This document shows positions 27,686 through 35,952 of a stretch of DNA of 35,952 bases, in pieces. The DNA is taken from contig PEAD01000029.1 in NCBI GenBank assembly GCA_002753335.1, positions 1 through 35,952 on the forward strand, read 5' to 3'. The notes below the pieces were generated by a model. That model was not told the origin of the DNA. It did not search any database and worked only from the letters and a program-made list of their open reading frames with translations. Source of the stretch: Nitrospirae bacterium MYbin3. Its GTDB lineage: Bacteria > Nitrospirota > Thermodesulfovibrionia > Thermodesulfovibrionales > Dissulfurispiraceae. The first letter of the stretch is position 1, and each line of letters starts with the position of its first letter. The position numbers and the translations under genes were made by a program.

Positions 27686-27750
27686 TTGTTATGCTGTAAA
27701 TCACCCTGCAATCTTAAATTCACACTTCAACTCTAATTCTTCACGATAGC

Positions 27751-27802
27751 TGTAAATTTCTTGTAAACAAAAGCTGTAAGCTGAATGTAAGCTGTCTATA
27801 GT
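27751..27802 (+). promoter_or_regulatory. Array of TGTAA direct repeats plus candidate -10
   Basis: TGTAA at 27751, 27762, 27775, 27786 (spacing 11, 13, 11), including TGTAAGCTG-AA-TGTAAGCTG; TATAGT at 27797-27802. Confidence 0.55.
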
Positions 27803-27844
27803 TAATATTACAAGCAAGAAACTATTATGAACAGGAAACCATAA

Positions 27845-29755
27845 TTGAGGCTCATCAAGAAATATTGTTTACTCATCATGCTTTCCGGCCTCTTGTTGCC
27901 GCTTAATGCATGCGTCTCTTTCGAAGCTAAAGAAGCATTCAATAAAGCAAACAACATCATGCTTACCGGCAACTACTGCTCTGCATTAAAAGAGTTTAAT
28001 AGGGCATCATCTATAAGCCCCGATCTTCTAAAAGAAGAAGCGTTCATTCTGAATACATCAAGGGCAAAAAAAGAGTGCTCTGCTGTGTTGTATAAAGAAG
28101 GTATAGCACTTGCGGATAAGGGCAATCTGCAGGGCACGCTCGACAAATTCAAGGCAGCGGTAGAACTGGATCCCAGCAATGTAGATGCCCAAGAAGGCTT
28201 GGCGATAGCCGTTGCAAGCAAAACCGAAAACGACAGAAAAGCTGAAGAGCATTACAAAACAGGTTTGGAACTGTTCACGGCAAAAGACTGGCAAAAGGCA
28301 TTCAGCGAATTCGACAGGTCTCTAACTTTAAATCCCAAACACCTCCTGTCCCGCAACAAAAAAGCCGAAGCAGACCGCGAACTGAAGAAAACCGCAGAGC
28401 TCTACCAGAACGCTGTGAAAGAATTTGAACGCAAACAATGGGCAAACGCAATCGAAAAACTGAACATTGTATTAGCCGCATCTCCGTTCCATAGCGAAGC
28501 CCCGGCTAAAATCAAAGAGGCGCAGGAAGAGCTTCAAGCGGCTGTGAACAGTTATGAAAAGGGGATGTTATCCCTTAATCGCAACGATACTGCCGGAGCA
28601 GAAAAAAGCCTTAAAGATGCCCTTAGCCATAACCCCTACCACGCCAAGGCAAAAGAGTCGCTCGCCTCGATATTCTACAAAAAGGCGTTGCTGCTTGAAA
28701 GCAAAGGGCTGTCGGGCAATGCCCTTGCCGAGTTCATAAAAACATCGAGATTGCTGCCCAATTATAAAGAGACCAATGAAAAAATAAATATACTGACCGA
28801 TGCCGTAAAACAGAGGATTACTTACAAGATAGCACTGCTCCCGTTCAAAGATCTATCAAAAAACGAGGCCGCGGCCGAGTCGGCATATGAAAGGGTTTTA
28901 AAGAACTTTTCATCGAGGCAGAAAGAATCGAATCTAAGGATATTCGACAGGGAAGAACTCAATAAAATTCTCTCGGAACAAAAGCTCTCGATGTCTGGCT
29001 TGATAGACTCCGAAAGCGCTGTGTCTGCAGGCCGGCTGAAAGGAGTCAACGCACTCGTTACTGGGAAGCTGCTTTCAGTAAAAGTCACTACTGATGTATC
29101 CGCAGAGCCGAAAACCAAAGAGTACAAATCAGGAACAAGACAAAAAAGAAATCCGGCATATGATCAGGCCGTAAATAACGTAAACGAGTGGCAAAAGACC
29201 GTTGAATCATCGAAAAAAAATGCCTCAAAAAACAACTGGGGATATTTGGCCGCAGTAACAGGACTGAGCACAGCCCAGACAACCCTGAAAAACACGCCTA
29301 AGTTCATTGATGATCCTGTTTACAGCAAGTGGAACTATAAAGTCATAACGCACAAGAAGAAGGCTCTGGTTAAAATCTCATGCCGTCTACTGGACACAGA
29401 AACAGGCATGGTGCTGTACAATGATATTGTGGATGAAGAGTTTTCTGTTAAAAGCTCCACTGTGGAAAACCCCTACCCGGACATAGGCGTGCACGCCAAG
29501 GCTCTCGATATAGCTTCAGATGATGAGCTGCAAGACAAAGCGATTTCGGTTGCAACACAGAAAACAACGGACAGGCTTTTTGAATCCTTAAGCAAAGCCG
29601 GATATAAGTTCTATGCTGCAGCAGAAAAGGCAAAGGCGCAAGGCAATATTACAGATGCTGTAGAGAACTATATGAACTTTTTATTCAGCATTCCAGAGGC
29701 CTCCCAAGGCTACAAGGAAGAGAGAGAGCAGACAAAAAGAATACTCGAGCTTTAG
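27845..29755 (+). CDS. TPR-repeat lipoprotein with CsgG/HfaB-like domain
   Basis: TTG start; lipobox LNAC; repeated TPR units (A.ELDPSN..A, L.LNP.H, L..NPYH..A); KIALLPF...DREELNKILSEQKLS.SGLID..SA...GRL.GV.A.VTG. Confidence 0.75.
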   Translation: MRLIKKYCLLIMLSGLLLPLNACVSFEAKEAFNKANNIMLTGNYCSALKEFNRASSISPDLLKEEAFILNTSRAKKECSAVLYKEGIALADKGNLQGTLDKFKAAVELDPSNVDAQEGLAIAVASKTENDRKAEEHYKTGLELFTAKDWQKAFSEFDRSLTLNPKHLLSRNKKAEADRELKKTAELYQNAVKEFERKQWANAIEKLNIVLAASPFHSEAPAKIKEAQEELQAAVNSYEKGMLSLNRNDTAGAEKSLKDALSHNPYHAKAKESLASIFYKKALLLESKGLSGNALAEFIKTSRLLPNYKETNEKINILTDAVKQRITYKIALLPFKDLSKNEAAAESAYERVLKNFSSRQKESNLRIFDREELNKILSEQKLSMSGLIDSESAVSAGRLKGVNALVTGKLLSVKVTTDVSAEPKTKEYKSGTRQKRNPAYDQAVNNVNEWQKTVESSKKNASKNNWGYLAAVTGLSTAQTTLKNTPKFIDDPVYSKWNYKVITHKKKALVKISCRLLDTETGMVLYNDIVDEEFSVKSSTVENPYPDIGVHAKALDIASDDELQDKAISVATQKTTDRLFESLSKAGYKFYAAAEKAKAQGNITDAVENYMNFLFSIPEASQGYKEEREQTKRILEL

Positions 29756-30486
29756 CCGGTTATCTTCTCAATATCAACAAATCCTGAATTCCATTCAATA
29801 GCATCTGTTGTTACATTTTCAAGATAGGGCAAGATACCAAGCACCGGCACAGGACAAAGCTCTCTGAGCACATCAGGGTTTGTTTTTGCAGCAATGCTGT
29901 CTTCGGGCTGACAGTGGTTATTGATTATCACACCCTTCACATCAAGTCCTTCATTTAGCGCTTGTTTTACCGTCAACAGCGTGTGGTTGATAGTACCGAG
30001 AGAAGCCCGCGCTACAACAACGACAGGCAAGGCAAGACTTTTTATTAAATCCAAAATAAAGTATTTTTTGTTTATTGGAACAAGCAGCCCCCCTGCCCCT
30101 TCAACAACCATGAATTCGTATTTCAGAGAGAGCGTTCTGTATGCATGAAGTATTTTTTCGATATCAAAATGCCTGTTTTCAAGCGCAGCAGCAACCATCG
30201 GAGCAAGAGGATTTTTATATAGAGATGGAACGACAACATCAATTGAATCATCCATGCCGGCCATTTCTCTCAGAAACATTCCATCAGAAGGTATTAATGA
30301 ACCATTAACTTCATCGCATCCGGTTTCAACAGGCTTCATTGCGCCAATGCTCATGCCCTTTTTCAGAAAAGCTTTAATGATAGCGGCCGACACAACTGTT
30401 TTCCCGACGCCGGTATCGGTGCCTGTTACAAAAACACCTTTCAAAAAACTATCCGCAGCTCTTTGTCCTGAGTTCAACAAGCTCAC
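29752..30486 (-). CDS. bioD: Dethiobiotin synthase
   Basis: FVTGTDTGVGKT, KPVETG, VVEGAGGL.VP, LGTINHTLL. The start may be the in-frame TTG at 30444 rather than GTG 30486. Confidence 0.95.
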   Translation of the reverse strand: MSLLNSGQRAADSFLKGVFVTGTDTGVGKTVVSAAIIKAFLKKGMSIGAMKPVETGCDEVNGSLIPSDGMFLREMAGMDDSIDVVVPSLYKNPLAPMVAAALENRHFDIEKILHAYRTLSLKYEFMVVEGAGGLLVPINKKYFILDLIKSLALPVVVVARASLGTINHTLLTVKQALNEGLDVKGVIINNHCQPEDSIAAKTNPDVLRELCPVPVLGILPYLENVTTDAIEWNSGFVDIEKITG

Positions 30487-30826
30487 TTGTTGTCTTTCTA
30501 AGCCGTGCCGTAAGCTGAGTTAGTATCAGCCTGAAGTCCTGAGAAACCTTATTCATCTCATTATCGAGAAAATCCTTGTCCAGAATACCGATCTCGCAAT
30601 CCTCAAGCGCTGTTACAGAAGCAGAGCGGGGCTCATGTTGAAGAAAACTCATCTCACCAAAAATATCGTCCTTCACCAAAACCGCAATCACTATTTTTTT
30701 TTCTCCGGATATCTTTGCAACCTCTACCTTTCCGGAAATAATTACATATGTGGCGTCACTGAAGCCTCCCTCTTTGATGATCACATCCCCTTTTTTGTAC
30801 TTCTCCTTTATCGCTATATTCCTCAT
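30449..30826 (-). CDS. Stand-alone cyclic nucleotide-binding domain protein
   Basis: G..IIKEG, Y.I.SG.V.V, phosphate-binding cassette FGEMS.L...PRSASV.A, C-helix; no HTH. Confidence 0.9.
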   Translation of the reverse strand: MRNIAIKEKYKKGDVIIKEGGFSDATYVIISGKVEVAKISGEKKIVIAVLVKDDIFGEMSFLQHEPRSASVTALEDCEIGILDKDFLDNEMNKVSQDFRLILTQLTARLRKTTSELVELRTKSCG

Positions 30827-30881
30827 ATTCCCTCCTTCAATTTTGTAATATAGGTACTTTTATAGAATATCATAATCGCAG

Positions 30882-30917
30882 CCTTATTTGGACTGTCATA
30901 TATGCCGTCCAAAAAGG
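30882..30917. repeat. Imperfect inverted repeat in divergent intergenic region
   Basis: CCTTaTTTGGACtgtCATA|TATGccGTCCAAAAAGG, with arms CCTT/AAGG, TTTGGAC/GTCCAAA and CATA/TATG. Confidence 0.55.
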
Positions 30918-30961
30918 TAAAATAAATTAATTACGACAGACTATTCGTCAACAGAAATATT

Positions 30962-32842
30962 ATGATTGATAAACAAAATAACGAGTGGGAGACCATCTTT
31001 CAGGCTATAGGCCATCCCGCAATAATTCTAGACCCCAACCATAAAATTCTAGCAGCCAACAGCGCAAGCATCAGATTAACGGGTAAAACTGCCTCTGAAA
31101 TAATAGGCAGGCAGTGTTATGAGATATTCCATGGAAAAGATATTACTGAGCCACCCGAGGGCTGCCCCATGGAAAAACTGCTTAATTCCGGACAGACAGA
31201 AACCGTTGACATGGAAATGGAATCTCTCGGAGGTATCTTTCTTGTTTCCTGCACGCCAGTTTTTGATGAGCTAGGAAAGCTGCAGAAAGTAATCCATATA
31301 GCCACAGACATTACCGAGCGCAAGAAGGCTGAAGAAAGGGTTTTGCAGGAGCGCAATTTCGCAGATTCAGCGCTTAACAGCCTGCCCGGCATTTTTTATA
31401 TGTTTGACATGGCCGGAAAATTTCTTCGCTGGAACACCAATTTCGAGAAGGTAACAGAGTACACCTATGAAGAAGTCAGCCAAGCCGGGCCTATGGATTT
31501 CTTCGCAGGTTCAGACAGGGATGTTATCCAAAAGAAGATGCATGAGGTTTTTGTAAAAGGTTCAGCAGAAACAGAAGCAATATTGGTATCAAAAAGCGGA
31601 AAGAGCACTCCATATTATTTCAACGGCCACAAGGCCCAGATCAATGGGGTTCAATGCCTTATCGGAATGGGCATAAATATTTCTGACAAGAAAAAGATCG
31701 AAGAACAGCTCCGCCAGTCTCAGAAAATGGAGGCTGTAGGCCATCTTGCTGGAGGCATTGCGCATGACTTCAACAATATCCTGACCGCGATTATAGGCTA
31801 TGGCAGTCTATTAAAAAATCTGATTCCCGCCAACGATCTTATGTATGATTATGTTCAACAGATACTCACCTCATCAGAAAAAGCTGCCAGCCTAACGCAC
31901 AGCCTGCTTGCTTTCAGCAGAAAACAGATCATAGAACTCAAGCCTGTTGATGCAAATGATATCGCCCTCAGGATGCAAAAGATACTGGCAAGAATTATAG
32001 GAGAAGACATAGAGATAAATATTATCCTGTCTCGCTGCGACCTGATAGTTATGGCCGATCAAGGCCAGATAGAGCTTGTGCTCATGAATCTTGCTACGAA
32101 CGCGCGTGATGCCATGCCTAACGGTGGCAGACTGTCTTTAACTACCAACGCGGTCGAAATTGATGATGAGTTTGTAAAAACATATAATTTCGGCTCGGTA
32201 GGCAAATATGCGGTTATCACTTTTTCTGATACAGGCTCAGGCATGGATAAAAAAACCGCAGACCGGATTTTCGAACCGTTCTTTACCACAAAACAGGTGG
32301 GAAAAGGAACAGGACTGGGACTCGCAATGGTCTATGGAACCATAAAACAGCATAACGGTTTTATAAATTTGTACAGCGAACCGGGCGAGGGCACAACCTT
32401 CAGAATATATCTGCCTTTGGCAAAAACTGTTCAGACCAAGAAAGAAGAAAAAACCTCGAAAAATATTGTGCCGGGTAATGAGACGATACTTCTGATCGAG
32501 GACGATGAAGCGGTAAGAAATGTGACAAAGGCGATGCTGGAACATTTCGGATATACCGTAATAGAAGCTTTTAATGGAACAGAGGCTCTCCAAGTCTTCG
32601 AAAAAAATAAAGATGCTGTGCAGCTCGTTATTTCTGATATCATAATGCCGGGACAGAATGGAAAAGAAACATACAATGCAATGAAACAGACCAAACCCAA
32701 CCTTAAAGTGCTGTTTGTCAGCGGCTATACAGCAAACATCCTTACACAAAGAGGCATTCTTGACGAAACTACCAACTTTATATCCAAGCCCCTTAATCCT
32801 AATTCTTTTTCGATAAAAATACGCGAAGTCTTAGACAAATAA
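30962..32842 (+). CDS. Cytoplasmic PAS-PAS hybrid histidine kinase / response regulator
   Basis: Two PAS/PAC units (DITERK, NISDKK); QSQKMEAVG.LAGGIAHDFNNIL, NARDAM, FEPFFTTK..GKGTGLGL; REC with EDD, SDIIMP, SKP; no TM helix. Confidence 0.95.
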   Translation: MIDKQNNEWETIFQAIGHPAIILDPNHKILAANSASIRLTGKTASEIIGRQCYEIFHGKDITEPPEGCPMEKLLNSGQTETVDMEMESLGGIFLVSCTPVFDELGKLQKVIHIATDITERKKAEERVLQERNFADSALNSLPGIFYMFDMAGKFLRWNTNFEKVTEYTYEEVSQAGPMDFFAGSDRDVIQKKMHEVFVKGSAETEAILVSKSGKSTPYYFNGHKAQINGVQCLIGMGINISDKKKIEEQLRQSQKMEAVGHLAGGIAHDFNNILTAIIGYGSLLKNLIPANDLMYDYVQQILTSSEKAASLTHSLLAFSRKQIIELKPVDANDIALRMQKILARIIGEDIEINIILSRCDLIVMADQGQIELVLMNLATNARDAMPNGGRLSLTTNAVEIDDEFVKTYNFGSVGKYAVITFSDTGSGMDKKTADRIFEPFFTTKQVGKGTGLGLAMVYGTIKQHNGFINLYSEPGEGTTFRIYLPLAKTVQTKKEEKTSKNIVPGNETILLIEDDEAVRNVTKAMLEHFGYTVIEAFNGTEALQVFEKNKDAVQLVISDIIMPGQNGKETYNAMKQTKPNLKVLFVSGYTANILTQRGILDETTNFISKPLNPNSFSIKIREVLDK

Positions 32843-32898
32843 TCAAAATAGCATTCCTCCCCTGTCAAATACACCGCTTAAAAATGTAAAATAAACAG

Positions 32899-34095
32899 AT
32901 GGCAACAGCCTATTTCGACTGTTTCTCAGGGATTAGCGGTGACATGTGTTTGGGGGCTCTTATTGACGCTGGAGTCACGGTGTCTGACTTAAAGAAAGAG
33001 CTCCTCAAGCTTGGCATAAGCGGATATACACTGGCCGCAGAAAAAACCTTGCGATCAGGAATCTCATGCACAAAAGCGGATGTGCGAATCAAAAAACACC
33101 ATCATGACCACGCCACAAAATGGAAAGATATAGAAAAAACCATACTATCATCAGCACTGGACACCAGGATAAAAGACAAAGGAATTACGGTTTTCAGGCT
33201 TATTTTTGAGGCTGAAGGCAAGGTGCACGGCAAAACCTTTGACTCTGTGCATCTTCATGAACTCGGAGGCATAGACTGCCTTGTCGACATATTCGGAACC
33301 ATAATCGGCCTAGAACTGCTCGGCGTTCAAAAAATTTTATGTTCAGATATAAATATGGGCTCAGGTTCTGTTCGCACAGAGCACGGCATACTTCCGGTTC
33401 CTGCTCCTGCTACATTTGAGCTTATGCGCGGATATACGGTCTATTCTTCGGGCACGCCTTTTGAGCTGACCACGCCTACAGGTGCCGCACTGCTCAAAGG
33501 ACTTAAAGCAAAAAACTCGCCCCTGCCCTGCTTTAAGGTCAAAACCATAGGCTGCGGAGCGGGCAATAAAGATTTTAATGATAAGCCTAATATTCTGCGT
33601 CTGATAATCGGGGATGCAAAAAACAATCCGGCTGATGAAACCATTACAGTAATAGAAACCAATATAGATGACATGAATCCACAAATTTATGGCCATCTAT
33701 CCGAGAAGCTTTTCGCGGCAGGAGCTCTCGATGTCTTTATGGAACAGTTGATAATGAAGAAAGGGCGGCCTGCCATTAAGCTTACAACACTTGCAAAGGT
33801 AGGGCAGGCTGAGCAGCTTTCTGATATTATTTTTAATGAAACCACAACGATAGGAATAAGATTTTATAACGCTGAGCGCAGAACACTCGGAAGAGAGATA
33901 AAAACTTTAATCACGCCTTACGGCAAAATGCGCATAAAAGTTTCTAGCCTCAACAGAAAGGTCATCAACGCATCTCCGGAATACGAGGATGCTAAAAACA
34001 TAGCTGACAAAACAGGAATCCCTCTCAAAAAACTTTTGGAATCGCTCAGCGCCGAATGCTTAAAATACAGCTCACAAATTAAAAAAGGAGGTTGA
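32899..34095 (+). CDS. larC: Nickel pincer cofactor biosynthesis protein LarC (nickel insertase)
   Basis: YFDCFSGISGDM.LGAL, HHHDH, AE.KVHG, VH.HE.G..D, HG.LPVPAPAT, E..TPTGA, ETNIDDM.P, MKKGRP, PEYED. Confidence 0.93.
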   Translation: MATAYFDCFSGISGDMCLGALIDAGVTVSDLKKELLKLGISGYTLAAEKTLRSGISCTKADVRIKKHHHDHATKWKDIEKTILSSALDTRIKDKGITVFRLIFEAEGKVHGKTFDSVHLHELGGIDCLVDIFGTIIGLELLGVQKILCSDINMGSGSVRTEHGILPVPAPATFELMRGYTVYSSGTPFELTTPTGAALLKGLKAKNSPLPCFKVKTIGCGAGNKDFNDKPNILRLIIGDAKNNPADETITVIETNIDDMNPQIYGHLSEKLFAAGALDVFMEQLIMKKGRPAIKLTTLAKVGQAEQLSDIIFNETTTIGIRFYNAERRTLGREIKTLITPYGKMRIKVSSLNRKVINASPEYEDAKNIADKTGIPLKKLLESLSAECLKYSSQIKKGG

Positions 34096-34097
34096 AT

Positions 34098-34346
34098 ATG
34101 CAGCATGTAAAGCTATACACACTCAGCACCTGCGGCCATTGCAAGGCCGCAAAAAAGTTCCTTGATTCTTGTATGGTGGCATACGAATTCACCGACGTGG
34201 ACCTTTTGAGCAACGAAGAAAAGAATGCGGCGGTAGAAGAAATTAAAAAACTTACATCTCAATGCGCCTTCCCAACAATAATAATAGGGGACAAGGTGAT
34301 TGTCGGCAACAACGAACAGAAGATAAAGGAAGCTCTCGGAATATGA
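34098..34346 (+). CDS. Glutaredoxin-like (NrdH-redoxin family) protein
   Basis: LYTLSTCGHC, cis-Pro FPTII, VIVG; GGAGG at 34087-34091 favours ATG 34098. Confidence 0.88.
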   Translation: MQHVKLYTLSTCGHCKAAKKFLDSCMVAYEFTDVDLLSNEEKNAAVEEIKKLTSQCAFPTIIIGDKVIVGNNEQKIKEALGI

Positions 34347-35224
34347 AAATACTTGTGGCCGACAATTCAGAGGAATCCAGGACAACTCTTTCTAAAATCC
34401 TGACTGATAAAGGCCATGAATGTGTACTATTAGAAAACAGCGCCGAGATAATAAGCACCGTTTACCATGAAGCTCCGGACATAATCATACTGGACCTAAA
34501 GCTTTCTAAGCCCCCTGCTCTATCGGTGCTTCAGCAGCTCAAGTCAGCTCCATCAACGAGAGACATACCAACACTTCTTATAGCATCAACGAAATCAAAA
34601 ATTAAACTGGGAAAGGGTTATGACTATGGGGCCTATGATTACCTGTCCAAGCCTTTTTTCGAAAAAGAGGTTGTGGCGCGGCTCCAAAATATTATAGAGA
34701 TACGAGAAAGGCTGAAGGAGTTCGAAAAGCTTCTGGTAAGGGACTATCTGACCGGTTTGTACAACAGAAAATTCTTCATGGAAAGGTTTATTGAAGAGCT
34801 TTCCTGGTCTATCATGTACAGTGAACAGTTCTCTCTGATGGTTCTAGACATAGACCACTTTAAGAAAATCAACGATACATACGGACATGGATGCGGAGAT
34901 GAAATATTAAAGCAGGTTGCCGACACAATGCTTGCAACACTTCGCGCTCAGGACCTATTGGCCCGCTACGGCGGCGAGGAGTTTATAATCCTTCTGCCTA
35001 ATACCGGCATAGAATCAGCAGTAGAAATAGGCGAGAGTCTTAGGAAAGCGGTGCAAGAACATGATTTCAGGTGCAATCAGGATTTAAAGATAGCTGTCAC
35101 CATAAGCATAGGCATTACCAGTCTTTCGGACGATGAACCTACCTCCGACCATATCATAGGCCAGGCTGACAAAGCGCTTTACAGGGCAAAGGAAACCGGT
35201 AGGAATAAAGTGGTAGTTTACTGA
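34343..35224 (+). CDS. Response regulator diguanylate cyclase (REC-GGDEF)
   Basis: MKILVAD..., ILDL, LSKPF; DYLTGLYNR, DIDHFK.INDTYGH..GD, I-site RAQD, GGEEF. ATG 34343 overlaps the glutaredoxin stop. Confidence 0.93.
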   Translation: MKILVADNSEESRTTLSKILTDKGHECVLLENSAEIISTVYHEAPDIIILDLKLSKPPALSVLQQLKSAPSTRDIPTLLIASTKSKIKLGKGYDYGAYDYLSKPFFEKEVVARLQNIIEIRERLKEFEKLLVRDYLTGLYNRKFFMERFIEELSWSIMYSEQFSLMVLDIDHFKKINDTYGHGCGDEILKQVADTMLATLRAQDLLARYGGEEFIILLPNTGIESAVEIGESLRKAVQEHDFRCNQDLKIAVTISIGITSLSDDEPTSDHIIGQADKALYRAKETGRNKVVVY

Positions 35225-35260
35225 CCAATAAAAATAAATTTCTTCATAAAGGAGTCACCT

Positions 35261-35833
35261 ATGTCAGATAAAGAAAGACCTTTGCCTAAACCTCCGTCAA
35301 CGCCTTTCGGAGGCAACAACAGATTTAATGAAAACAAGCCGAATGAACCAATGATGGCAGACCGTCTTGCTATGGCCATGGCCTCAGGGCAGATAGATGA
35401 GTTCATGAAAAAAGAACTACCTGACAACGAACAGTCGCGCTCACTGGCTATGATGATGCTCGGAATGTCAGGCATGATGCCGCAGGGCTGCATGCCCAAT
35501 GTGCCTCTGACAAATTTTGAAGCCACCCCAGTAGATGCCCCAAAGGAAGATACGCAGACTCCTGAAGATATTGTAAAAGCTGTAAATGATGGAGACGTAA
35601 AAGGGCTTATGTCTATGTTGGAGCAAGAGTACAGAAAACGATCCGGGAACACTGCGCCTGAGCCTTTTGAAAAAGAGCCTTCGCCTTCGTCTGCGCAGCT
35701 TTCAGCCGGTGAAAAAGAGGCTGTTGACAGGCTGATAAATATCGCATCAGAAAACAACACTACCGTTGACTGGCTTATAATGCGAGCCATAAAACAATAT
35801 CTACGTGAATACGAAAACACAGGAAAGCTCTAA
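35261..35833 (+). CDS. Hypothetical protein (Pro/Met-rich linkers, possible C-terminal helix-helix DNA-binding/dimerisation element)
   Basis: AAGGAG RBS; 190 aa; co-oriented with neighbours; no family recognised. Confidence 0.7.
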   Translation: MSDKERPLPKPPSTPFGGNNRFNENKPNEPMMADRLAMAMASGQIDEFMKKELPDNEQSRSLAMMMLGMSGMMPQGCMPNVPLTNFEATPVDAPKEDTQTPEDIVKAVNDGDVKGLMSMLEQEYRKRSGNTAPEPFEKEPSPSSAQLSAGEKEAVDRLINIASENNTTVDWLIMRAIKQYLREYENTGKL

Positions 35834-35927
35834 CCCCTGAGCAGGGCGAACGCACTATGTGAGGTATAGGGGATAGTGTAGGCATAATAAGTGCAATAAC
35901 ATAGGCACTAACTTAAAGGGGGAGCCT

Positions 35928-35952
35928 ATGTTACCGAATCCGAAGCCGTATT
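35928..35952 (+). CDS. Start of a gene truncated by the window end
   Basis: AAAGGGGGAG RBS followed by ATG TTA CCG AAT CCG AAG CCG TAT. Confidence 0.45.

Noticed and set aside
32899..34095. Programmed frameshift as in split larC1/larC2
   Set aside because: larC is one continuous ORF containing both halves.
34262..34342. N-terminal extension of the diguanylate cyclase ORF
   Set aside because: It overlaps the glutaredoxin gene; the REC domain begins at MKILVAD (34343).
496..35820. Numerous minus-strand and alternative-frame ORFs (e.g. 496-1305, 10109-10723, 12467-13000, 32237-32749, 35218-35820)
   Set aside because: They overlap + strand genes (mostly with strong family motifs) and show no recognisable motifs themselves; treated as shadow ORFs.
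35834..35920. Short inverted repeats (CCCTG-AG-CAGGG, CACTAT...ATAGTG) and a TAGGCA repeat as a riboswitch, terminator or CRISPR remnant
   Set aside because: Stems are short, there is no U-tract, no riboswitch consensus I recognise and no regular repeat-spacer pattern.

Overview
A gene-dense bacterial chromosomal segment, almost all on the + strand, with no recognisable rRNA, tRNA, CRISPR array or mobile element. Gene content suggests a diderm anaerobe such as Nitrospirota or Desulfobacterota, but this is a low-confidence inference. In order it holds: a partial pmbA/tldE, an acyl-CoA dehydrogenase, a REC / LysM-FecR-FN3 / CHASE2 histidine kinase signalling module, an orphan ccoS (missed by the ORF track), pgpA, a thpR interrupted by one in-frame TAA, a family-5 ABC binding lipoprotein, lsrF-like thiolase / Zn-dehydrogenase / aroF, mlaD / TolC / mlaC, yacG (also missed), dapB, a double-RCK K+ channel, a TIGR04222-like membrane protein with a Gly/Ser/Cys tail coupled to a radical SAM/SPASM enzyme, a YtkA/FixH-like protein plus a CusCBA-type efflux operon, gatAB, a TPR-CsgG-like lipoprotein, bioD and a cNMP-binding protein (- strand), a PAS hybrid kinase, larC, a glutaredoxin, a REC-GGDEF protein and a hypothetical protein. 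The best candidate for an undescribed system is the pair at 16594-18564. The SPASM enzyme has no free precursor peptide nearby, and its only apparent substrate is the RiPP-like Cys-containing tail of the membrane protein. The pair sits directly upstream of a copper/silver efflux operon. All calls come from motif recognition by eye; no database searches were run.
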